Below are positions 19,649 to 27,716 of a stretch of DNA of 64,000 nt, one piece after another; position 1 is the first letter of the stretch; every line of letters begins with the position of its first letter. The notes under the pieces were generated by a model, which had not been told where the DNA came from, did not search any database, and saw nothing but the letters and a program-made list of their open reading frames with translations. The position numbers and the translations under genes were made by a program. Source of the stretch: a virus; the IMG/VR virus record IMGVR_UViG_3300025011_000030, positions 21,651 to 85,650 of that record; one strand, given 5' to 3'.

Positions 19649-19912
19649 TTGTTCTTTCCGGGTATGTTTGTTGTTCATACAGAGAATACAGGTATAAAAA
19701 TCCCACCTGACCCCAATAACTACGAAAAGCACGAATACCCTCATTGGGCAGTGTTTATAACTATTCACTGTGGTCATGCTTTTGATTATACAGTGTTGGA
19801 GGAAAATGCTAGAATTATTGCCAGTATACCTGACGATAAAATTAAGGAAATAACTTTAGACGATTTAAAGGAGCTGGGTTGTGACGTAGAACCCAACATG
19901 ACTTGGGACTGA
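19649..19912 (+). CDS. Hypothetical protein
   Basis: ORF; the upstream RBS suggests a start near 19634. Confidence 0.55.
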   Translation: MFFPGMFVVHTENTGIKIPPDPNNYEKHEYPHWAVFITIHCGHAFDYTVLEENARIIASIPDDKIKEITLDDLKELGCDVEPNMTWD

Positions 19913-19945
19913 ACTACTTTTAGACAAATTGGAGGTTGACTATTT

Positions 19946-20494
19946 ATGTGCGAGTATTGTACTGAGCCATCAGGTACTAGCCGAACAGAGTTTGCCGGTG
20001 GCGATGGAATTATGTATAACGAAAACGACGGTAAACATTATCTTGTTATAGAGCACTTTAGACGTGAAATTAACCAGCTAGAAATTAGCCATTGTCCTCA
20101 GTGTGGTCGGAAGTTAGATAGTACAGAAGCGCCGGTAAACGTTGCTTCGGTTACTGTAAAGGAAAACCTTGAAATTATAAAAGAAATTATGTTGAATCAA
20201 ATACGTGCACTACAAAAACGCTTTGGGTTACCTTCATTAAATTCTCCCATACAAACATTAACTTCCAGGTATGTGCTTGAAGACGTACCTTCAGTAAGTA
20301 CCGAAAAAGTGTTCAAGTGTTACGGTTGCGGAGGTATGGAGTTTCACGAGGATGGATTGCAGGTAAACATATTAAATTCAAAGGTTGAAGTTAGTTTAGC
20401 CAGTAACTTTGCAAGTTCAAACCAACTTAAAGTTTTGATTTGTAACGGTTGTGGGCATGTTAATTTATTTTGTAAGAACGCGACTTTAGGTTAA
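19946..20494 (+). CDS. Hypothetical protein with two zinc-ribbon motifs
   Basis: MCEYC..CPQCGRKL; CYGCG..CNGCG. Confidence 0.6.
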   Translation: MCEYCTEPSGTSRTEFAGGDGIMYNENDGKHYLVIEHFRREINQLEISHCPQCGRKLDSTEAPVNVASVTVKENLEIIKEIMLNQIRALQKRFGLPSLNSPIQTLTSRYVLEDVPSVSTEKVFKCYGCGGMEFHEDGLQVNILNSKVEVSLASNFASSNQLKVLICNGCGHVNLFCKNATLG

Positions 20495-20509
20495 TCAACG
20501 AACGGAGGT

Positions 20510-21151
20510 ATGGTAGAGGTGAGTGAACAAAATACCGTAAAAGTAACCAGTTTACCGAAATGTGACTTCTGTACTAAATTGGCTAACTATGACGGCGCTA
20601 CAAAGCAGGGCCCTTGGGCTTATATGTGCGATAAGCATTTTAACCAGTACGGTAAGGGGTTAGGAATGGGAGTTGGGCAACGATTAATATTATTAGGTCA
20701 ACATTATACTGAAGAGGAGTTAGATGCCTTAGAAGTTGAATGTTCGCAATGTACTGTCGAAACTAACGTTATTTGTCACGGTTGCGGTGAATGCGAAAGT
20801 TATGTTGAGTCGCCGTTTCTAAAATTCAAAAATAAAATCTTAGCTATGAAACCTGGGCCGGAGTTAGACGCCTTAGTAGTTGCTAAAGTTATGCCGGATG
20901 TGTCTTTTAAACAATACTCAACTATTTCTAGTATACCGTATTCAGTTGATATAACTGCTGCGCATGAAATAGCCCTTAAGTTGAACTATAAACTTATCCT
21001 CACTAAAGTAGATAGTGAAATATGGTTAGCCGAATTCGGTGAATACAATAGGAATTTCAGTACAGGTCAAATTATAGGTAAGACAGGTGCCGAGGCTATA
21101 TGTAAAGCCGCGTTGATCATGTGCGAAATGAAAAGATTGCAGCTGAATTAA
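20510..21151 (+). CDS. Zinc-finger protein with phage ABA-sandwich-like domain
   Basis: CDFC..WAYMC; C-terminal GPELDALV..YSVDI..AEAICKAAL. Confidence 0.55.
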   Translation: MVEVSEQNTVKVTSLPKCDFCTKLANYDGATKQGPWAYMCDKHFNQYGKGLGMGVGQRLILLGQHYTEEELDALEVECSQCTVETNVICHGCGECESYVESPFLKFKNKILAMKPGPELDALVVAKVMPDVSFKQYSTISSIPYSVDITAAHEIALKLNYKLILTKVDSEIWLAEFGEYNRNFSTGQIIGKTGAEAICKAALIMCEMKRLQLN

Positions 21152-21153
21152 GA

Positions 21154-21490
21154 ATGGAAAGGATAACCGTACATCAACTAATAGAACTATCACCAGGGCA
21201 AACAAAAAAAACTTCGGGAATTATGGGAACCTAAACTATACGATGTTTATACGTTTGGTTATGGTATGTTCCTCTTCCAATTGTCGAGACCCGAAGGTTT
21301 CAACAAAAACGAAGCGTTACCTCTTTTGTCAACAGGTCAGATGTTTAAGTTACTGGAGTGTAAGTCCGTTGAATTGAACTACAGTACTGAGTCACATCCC
21401 GTTATTTGTTTAAACGACGGCACCCAATTTAGTGCGCTCGTTCTTGTAGACGCTCTTTGGTTAGCCGTGAAGTATGTAATAGGTAGTTGA
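21154..21490 (+). pseudogene. Hypothetical protein frameshifted in an A-rich tract near 21200
   Basis: MERITVHQLIELSPGQ joins QKKLRELWEPK..LPLLSTGQM in the frame of the 21266 ORF. Confidence 0.55.
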
Positions 21491-21602
21491 CTTTGGAAGG
21501 ATTAAACGATGGCGATTTTGTTGAACTACCTGTCAACTTTCCATTGAGGAAATTGATCAAAAGCCACTTACCAGGAAACTAAATAAGTGAGGAAATAAAA
21601 CA

Positions 21603-21863
21603 ATGCATGAACTTATAAATTTTATAAAAACTAAAGTTGAATATTCAGAACATTTTGTTAATGTGAATAAAATTATTGCCATGGCTGCTTACGAGCAGTA
21701 CGGGATAATGCACATAGCGCATATTAACTGTTTTAGCTTAAAAGTTTTTAAACAATTTAGAAACAATTATCCTCGATCAGAGATTAGATTAATAGTGTCG
21801 TACGAGGATAACGAAGACATAGACATAGACATAGACATATATACTATACCTACAGCTAGTTAG
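21603..21863 (+). CDS. Hypothetical protein (AT-rich)
   Basis: ORF with GAGG RBS and downstream terminator. Confidence 0.5.
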   Translation: MHELINFIKTKVEYSEHFVNVNKIIAMAAYEQYGIMHIAHINCFSLKVFKQFRNNYPRSEIRLIVSYEDNEDIDIDIDIYTIPTAS

Positions 21864-21989
21864 CCGCCTCAGGGCGGTTTTTTTAACTTTTAACCAGGTA
21901 GACAAACAAAAACAACTCTTGTCTATTTTCTAAATGTATTATATAATAATACATGCAAGACAAATTAAATTAACAGGAGGTCAAACTTA

Positions 21990-22301
21990 ATGGCACAGTT
22001 ACATCACGTGAGTTTTGTTGTAAGTACTGGTTGGGTGAAAGAGAACGACGAGGAAGTTTATTACGTATTACGTGACATGATGAACGATTTTGCAGAAGAC
22101 GAAGGAAATGCCTGCACTGAGGAAGAACTGGTTGATTTTGAAGCCGGAAATTGGTTGGTTGAATACCTGTTTCGCGACGGCGAAGTTATGTACACAGCAG
22201 GCCGGGATGGGCAGATGTTAGCTAATCAGCCTCACTGGTCAAGTGATAAAATCCAGGATATTGAACCGGAGAAAATTGAGTTGTATAAAAGCCTAATATA
22301 G
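21990..22301 (+). CDS. Acidic hypothetical early protein
   Basis: Sigma-A-like promoter near 21919 and GGAGGTCAA RBS. Confidence 0.65.
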   Translation: MAQLHHVSFVVSTGWVKENDEEVYYVLRDMMNDFAEDEGNACTEEELVDFEAGNWLVEYLFRDGEVMYTAGRDGQMLANQPHWSSDKIQDIEPEKIELYKSLI

Positions 22302-22685
22302 TACAGAACAACAAGGGGCTTAGTCCCCTGCCGAGCGTCCAAGAGGGCGTTGGGTAGAGGATTAAAAAAAGAATTTTAATGACGAAGGAGGTCAAAACAA
22401 ATGACATTAGAATTTAAAAAACACATCGCTAAAGAATTAAAAAAAAGTAAGTGGGATTTACGTGCCGGCTAATAAGGTTGAAGAGTATCATGTTATACTG
22501 TTAGAGCAACGTAAAATGGGTAAATAAATACATCGAAGCACCCACCAAAAGGGTGCTTTTTTTAAATTTGTCGAAAATTGTGCCGGCGAGACTAAAAAAT
22601 CACTTGTCTAACTCAATCACTAAAGAGTATATTAACCTCTAAGTAATATAACAGTACTCGTTTAAAATAAAGAGGGTAGAGAGCA

Positions 22686-23591
22686 ATGGAAGCAGGAAGC
22701 GCGAAAAGAGACCAGGCTTTTGAACTATTCAAAAAACATAACGGCAATATAACTAATCAGCAAATAGCCGACATAGTAGGGGTTAAGCGAGCCACAGTAT
22801 GCGGTTGGCGATATAAATTCCAATGGAACGAAAAACTAAACATAACAACAAAACAATATAAGGCAAATGAGCCACTAATAAATATAGACCCGGATGACAT
22901 ACCTATAGGTACTAATAACTTGAACGAGAAACAAAGATTATTTTGCCTTTATTATGTTAAAAGCTTTAATGCTACCCAAGCAGCTATTAGAGCTGGGTAC
23001 TCTAGGAACTCAGCTTACACAATAGGACATGACCTCTTAGGAAAACCCAGAATCATTTCCTGTATTCGTGAAATAAAAAGTAAAATGCGTAAAGAGGTAT
23101 TCGTAGATAGTACAGATGTGTTAGATAAACATTGTAAAATAGCTTTCGCCGACATGACTGATTTTGTTGAGTTTGGGCAAAAGGCCGACCCAGTACCACC
23201 TGACCAGTCACCCGGCACTAATACGCCGCCTCAGGTCAGTAACTACGTGCATTTGAAGTCAAGTGATGAAGTTGACGGTTCGCTGATTCAAAGTATAAAA
23301 GTAGGTAAAGACGGTGCTGTGACTGTTAAGCTACAAGACAAGTCTAAGTCGCTGGATACTTTAACAAGGTATATGGATTTAACACCTGATAGGCATAAGC
23401 GGCACATTGAGGAAGAAAAACTCGCACTCTCAAAAGAGCAGTTTGCATTAACTAAACTGAAGGTAATGAAAGAGTTACAGCTCGCCAACGAGCCTGCTCG
23501 TGATGCGAGTAATATGACTGATGAAGAACGGAGGGCGAGAATAGATGCCCTTATCGCCAGAAGAAGAGCTGGAGCTGCAGCAACTTCTTGA
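22686..23591 (+). CDS. terS: Terminase small subunit with N-terminal HTH
   Basis: LNEKQRLFCLYYVKSFNATQAAIRAGYS; IAFADMTDFVEFG; directly upstream of terL. Confidence 0.9.
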   Translation: MEAGSAKRDQAFELFKKHNGNITNQQIADIVGVKRATVCGWRYKFQWNEKLNITTKQYKANEPLINIDPDDIPIGTNNLNEKQRLFCLYYVKSFNATQAAIRAGYSRNSAYTIGHDLLGKPRIISCIREIKSKMRKEVFVDSTDVLDKHCKIAFADMTDFVEFGQKADPVPPDQSPGTNTPPQVSNYVHLKSSDEVDGSLIQSIKVGKDGAVTVKLQDKSKSLDTLTRYMDLTPDRHKRHIEEEKLALSKEQFALTKLKVMKELQLANEPARDASNMTDEERRARIDALIARRRAGAAATS

Positions 23592-25110
23592 AGAAGAAGC
23601 TCAGCATATGGGCCGGCAATGTTTACTTGACTTTACCTTATATACATACCTGGCCTACGAGGTTAATTGGCATCATGAGGTACTGTGCGATTATTTAGAT
23701 AAGTTTGTTTCCGGCGAGGTTAAACGCCTTATGATATTCTTACCTCCCAGGAACGGCAAAAGTGAGCTTGTTTCTCGGCGATTACCGGCATATATACTGG
23801 GCAAAGACCCGGATGCAAGTATTATAGCCACTAGCTATACAGCCGATTTGTCTAGTATGATGAACAGGGATGTGCAACGTATACTGGACAGCAATGATTA
23901 TTCTAATTTATTCCCGGAAACTCGGTTATTTGGGTCAAACGTTAGGACGGTTGCTAAGGGTAGTTATTTAAGAAACTCGGACATTTTTGAGGTAGTAGGC
24001 CATAAAGGCGTTTATAAAAGCGCAGGTGTAGGTGGGGCTATTACTGGTATGGGCTGTAAGTACGGTATTATAGACGACCCTATTAAAAACAGGGCTGAAG
24101 CCGAGTCAATCACTTACCGTAACGCACTTTGGGCCTGGTATACGTCAACATTCTACACCAGGCTCGAGAAGGATGCTCGAGTACTAATAACCTTAACTCG
24201 CTGGCACGAGGATGATTTAGCTGGTAGGCTTTTAAAGTTAGCTCACGAAAACCCTGACGCCGACCAGTGGGAAGTGATAACATTCCCGGCGTTAGCTGAA
24301 GAAATTAAGCATTCAGCCGACATAAGACAAACAGGTGAGGCATTATGGCCGGGTAAATACCCACTGAAAGAGCTCAGTACAATGAAGGCGACAATGGGTA
24401 GTTACGAGTGGAATGCCTTAATGCAGCAGCGGCCCAGCTCTGTTGGAGGTAACATCATACAAAGACAGTGGTGGAAGTATTGGCACTTCAGGGGTCAGAA
24501 CTTACCTCCGGTCACCGTTAAAACACCTGACGGCGAGTACATTTTAATTGATTCTGAAGAGCTGCCACTTAGTTTTGACGAGTTAATACAGTCTTGGGAT
24601 ATGGCCTTCAAAGATACTAAAGCCAGTGCCTATGTAGTAGGGCAGGTTTGGGCTCGCAGTAAAGCCCGTAAGTACTTACTTGACCAACTCCGAGATAAGA
24701 TGGACTTTGTTAAAACCATACAGGCGGTTAAAACCCTAACAACTAAATGGCCTAAAGCTGTGGGTAAACTTGTAGAGGATAAAGCCAACGGGCCTGCCGT
24801 TATATCGGCCTTAAAGCGCGATGTACAAGGTTTAATTGAGGTACAGCCTGACGGTACTAAAGAGGCTAGAGCGTTTGCTGTATCGCCTCAAATCGAGGCC
24901 GGCAACGTGTATTTACCGCACCCAATGATATTTAACTGGGTAGGCGATTTTCTAGAAGAGGTTACAAATTTTCCTAACAGTGTATACAAAGATCAGGTTG
25001 ATGCAATGACCCAGGCATTAAGTCGCTTGGGTAAAAATACTACTCCGGCAAAAGATGCACTGGCCGGCGTAAATAACCCGCGTAGTAGGGCTTCACAGAT
25101 GCATTGGTAA
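23545..25110 (+). CDS. terL: Terminase large subunit
   Basis: PPRNGKS, IIDDPIK, TRWHEDDL, SWD.AFK, EDKANG, DQVDAMTQAL. Confidence 0.95.
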   Translation: MPLSPEEELELQQLLEEEAQHMGRQCLLDFTLYTYLAYEVNWHHEVLCDYLDKFVSGEVKRLMIFLPPRNGKSELVSRRLPAYILGKDPDASIIATSYTADLSSMMNRDVQRILDSNDYSNLFPETRLFGSNVRTVAKGSYLRNSDIFEVVGHKGVYKSAGVGGAITGMGCKYGIIDDPIKNRAEAESITYRNALWAWYTSTFYTRLEKDARVLITLTRWHEDDLAGRLLKLAHENPDADQWEVITFPALAEEIKHSADIRQTGEALWPGKYPLKELSTMKATMGSYEWNALMQQRPSSVGGNIIQRQWWKYWHFRGQNLPPVTVKTPDGEYILIDSEELPLSFDELIQSWDMAFKDTKASAYVVGQVWARSKARKYLLDQLRDKMDFVKTIQAVKTLTTKWPKAVGKLVEDKANGPAVISALKRDVQGLIEVQPDGTKEARAFAVSPQIEAGNVYLPHPMIFNWVGDFLEEVTNFPNSVYKDQVDAMTQALSRLGKNTTPAKDALAGVNNPRSRASQMHW

Positions 25111-25148
25111 ACTTACTATAAATGCAAAAGTTCCTATTTGTTTAAATA

Positions 25149-25352
25149 TTGGAGTTGGTTGAAATAGCTAAATACGTTATTGATGGTATATTATTTCAAC
25201 ATAAATTTGGAATTATCCCTTACCCTGAACAGCAAAGTAACGATACTGCCGACAACAAAAACGCCTCAGCTGACATGGAGATCTATAAAACATTTCACCA
25301 CAGTGCATTAATGGCCTGTGGTGGAGGCGGTGGTGGTGGAGGTGGTAGCTAG
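25149..25352 (+). CDS. Possible small protein ending in ACGGGGGGGGS
   Basis: ORF track; start and RBS uncertain. Confidence 0.35.
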   Translation: MELVEIAKYVIDGILFQHKFGIIPYPEQQSNDTADNKNASADMEIYKTFHHSALMACGGGGGGGGGS

Positions 25353-25408
25353 CTGTTAACGAGTACTAATAGCTTATAAGTTCCTATTCGTTTATAGTAG
25401 TCTAGTGC

Positions 25409-25698
25409 TTAAAATGGCTAAGGTGTAGGTTTTACCCCGGGTAAAACATTGCACAAAACAGGTTTTAACCTGTTTTTGCTGTAGGAACGACGAAATCTTG
25501 CATTGAAAACGGTCGTTCCATGTAGGAACTACATACGAATTAGACCATTTCCTTAGGAAATATACCGATAATTATACGAGTTCCTTAGGAAATATATAGC
25601 ATAAACAAGTGAGTTTCCTGTGTTCCTGCACAAAAAGTAGCCCTTTTTATTAGGTTGGTGTTTTACCCGGGGTAAATACCATACTTTTGCTGGTTTAA
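25409..25698. repeat. ~290-bp imperfect inverted-repeat element with internal palindromes
   Basis: TTTACCCCGGGTAAAACA in the left arm mirrored by TGTTTTACCCGGGGTAAA in the right arm; internal TTCCTTAGGAAATATA twice. Confidence 0.75.
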
Positions 25699-25745
25699 TA
25701 TTAAACGTTACTTTAGAATATGAAATGACAAGGGAGGTCACTACA

Positions 25746-25964
25746 ATGTACCCTATTATGCAGGTTGTTCACCGTTCAATAAACAGTGATTTGTTAAAAG
25801 TATTGAAAGCTAATAAACATACCTGCAAACGAGTTTATGACTCAGCTGGTATGTATTGTACTTATACGAACTGTCCTAAAGAAGAACTAAAAAGAATAGC
25901 TGTTGAACTTGGTTACAAGATCAGAGAAACTGAGCTTGAAATAAGTGAGATTACTCGTACATAA
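25746..25964 (+). CDS. Hypothetical protein
   Basis: GGGAGGTCA RBS. Confidence 0.55.
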   Translation: MYPIMQVVHRSINSDLLKVLKANKHTCKRVYDSAGMYCTYTNCPKEELKRIAVELGYKIRETELEISEITRT

Positions 25965-26143
25965 TAAGTTCCATATAAACGTCGTTAAAAACTGTGGGTG
26001 CTTAAGGGTATTACCCGCTATAATCGAAACCGTATACGGGCAAGCTACAGCGCAGGCTGAATGATTAAAATACTATTTAGAGCCACTATTACCTCAGCTT
26101 AAAAAGAGTCATACTTCTTTTTATATAATGTAGTGAAACTTAT

Positions 26144-26878
26144 ATGAAGGGAGTAGTTGAATTGACTGTAGACAAACAAAAAAATCCTTCGGTGGGTGCT
26201 GTAAGTAAAAGAGTTTACATTATAGCTATTGACTTTGATGGTTGTATATGTAAGAACGGTTGGCCTGATGCTTCTAAAGGTGAACTTATTTCATCAACGG
26301 TGAACCGTATGCATGAGCAACTAAAGAAAGAACCCAATACTGAGTTTGTTCTTTGGACTTGCCGGGCAGGTAACGACTTGGAAAGTGCCAAGGAATTTAT
26401 CGTTAAGCATAATTTACCCATTTTTATTTTTAACGAACCTCACCCGTCAGTATTCCCTTGGATGACAGGTGCAGAGAAGTGCCGTAAGATATTCGCTCAC
26501 GAGTATTGGGATGATAGGGCTGTAACTGTTAAAGAGGTAGAGGCTACTTCAAAAACAAAACTCGCTCAACTACTTAGCGTTGCTCGTGGGTTATACGTTC
26601 TTCGGGATGAGCCTAACACTATTGACCCTTATATTTGGTTAGCTGCTCAGCTGTTAGGTATTAACGAAAGGTTAGTTAACTACGATCAACGGCATATGGC
26701 TAAAATAAAAGCTCAATACGACACAATAATTGCACTAACTGAAGAGCAAATTAAAGCCGTTTTAAATAGTTGCGAACTTGACAAGGAAACAAGCTTAGTT
26801 GATGACCTTATCAAAATTAAGGTTTTGCTGATGTACCGTCACGAATTTGAACAGTTACCGGAATTTAACGGTTGTTAA
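26144..26878 (+). CDS. HAD-superfamily phosphatase-like protein with C-terminal extension
   Basis: IAIDFDGCI, LWTCR, KIFAHEYWDDRA. Confidence 0.75.
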   Translation: MKGVVELTVDKQKNPSVGAVSKRVYIIAIDFDGCICKNGWPDASKGELISSTVNRMHEQLKKEPNTEFVLWTCRAGNDLESAKEFIVKHNLPIFIFNEPHPSVFPWMTGAEKCRKIFAHEYWDDRAVTVKEVEATSKTKLAQLLSVARGLYVLRDEPNTIDPYIWLAAQLLGINERLVNYDQRHMAKIKAQYDTIIALTEEQIKAVLNSCELDKETSLVDDLIKIKVLLMYRHEFEQLPEFNGC

Positions 26879-26896
26879 TTGAGGAGTGAATATTAG

Positions 26897-27109
26897 GTGC
26901 TAACCAAACTATTACAGGCTAAAGTGAGCGACCTCGAGAATGAGGTAACCACTTTAAAGAACCAGGTGATTGGACTGGAAAAACAGAGTAATCACTATCG
27001 TAGCGAGTTAAAGTCTTTCACCGAGCAGGTGTTAGCCAACTTGGCTGTAGTGATAGCTAACTCTAAAGATACTGTTAAACGAGATTCAGCGATTATACTT
27101 AGACAGTAG
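26897..27109 (+). CDS. Coiled-coil hypothetical protein
   Basis: GAGGAG RBS, heptad pattern. Confidence 0.55.
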   Translation: MLTKLLQAKVSDLENEVTTLKNQVIGLEKQSNHYRSELKSFTEQVLANLAVVIANSKDTVKRDSAIILRQ

Positions 27110-27151
27110 TCTGGTTATTTTGTTGCAAGGTTTTAGTAGGGAGGAAGTAGC

Positions 27152-27331
27152 TTGAGCGAATTAAAGCCCTGTCCTTTTTGTGGCGGTGAAGCGAAGATTA
27201 ATAAAATGCCTTATGGAGATACCTATAAAGTTACTTGTTATGGTTGTGGTATAACTATTGGGTTTACTTATAGTCATATTCACCCAAAGACGAAGGAAGA
27301 AGCTGTGACTGCGTGGAATACGAGAAATTAG
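27152..27331 (+). CDS. Lar-family restriction-alleviation zinc-ribbon protein
   Basis: MSELKPCPFCGGEA...CYGCG...EEAVTAWNTR. Confidence 0.8.
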   Translation: MSELKPCPFCGGEAKINKMPYGDTYKVTCYGCGITIGFTYSHIHPKTKEEAVTAWNTRN

Positions 27332-27340
27332 TACCAAAAA

Positions 27341-27369
27341 AGCAGTAGGCTTTTAGTAGCCTACTGCTA
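27341..27369. terminator. Probable bidirectional terminator
   Basis: AGCAGTAGGCT/AGCCTACTGCT inverted repeat between convergent ORFs. Confidence 0.65.
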
Positions 27370-27377
27370 TAATTTGC

Positions 27378-27548
27378 TTACATGTATCCTCCACTCTTAC
27401 GGGTTACTTTTACTTCTTTAGGTATAACTGGAGCGACTGGCTGTGATACAATAACTTGCTCTTTAGGTATAACTGGCACTGACGGTTGAGCTACTACAGG
27501 AGTGATTTCTGTTCTATTTACAACCGGGATAACTTTTACATTTTTCAT
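27378..27548 (-). CDS. Pro/Val-rich 56-aa protein, the only well-supported minus-strand gene
   Basis: Minus-strand TTGTCT-N17-TATAAT promoter (27616-27588), GGGAGGTCAA RBS; MKNVKVIPVV..PVIPKE twice. Confidence 0.65.
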   Translation of the reverse strand: MKNVKVIPVVNRTEITPVVAQPSVPVIPKEQVIVSQPVAPVIPKEVKVTRKSGGYM

Positions 27549-27716
27549 ATTGTTGACCTCCCTTTAATTTGTTTTCCTCTTTCTACTATTATAATCGTTA
27601 TTGAGGAAATAGACAATAGTTTTTTTAAATATTTTTGAATAGTAACAGCGAGTAAGAGGTTAATTCCTCTTACTCTTTCACTTTGTAACACGTTACCCTA
27701 ATAAGGAGGTGATATC

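Noticed and set aside
21816-21840. (GACATA)x4 microsatellite as a phase-variation switch
   Set aside because: The 6-bp unit keeps the frame and only encodes DI repeats near a C-terminus
25149-25352. RiPP precursor with a poly-Gly tail
   Set aside because: No modification enzyme or transporter nearby, and the start/RBS is weak
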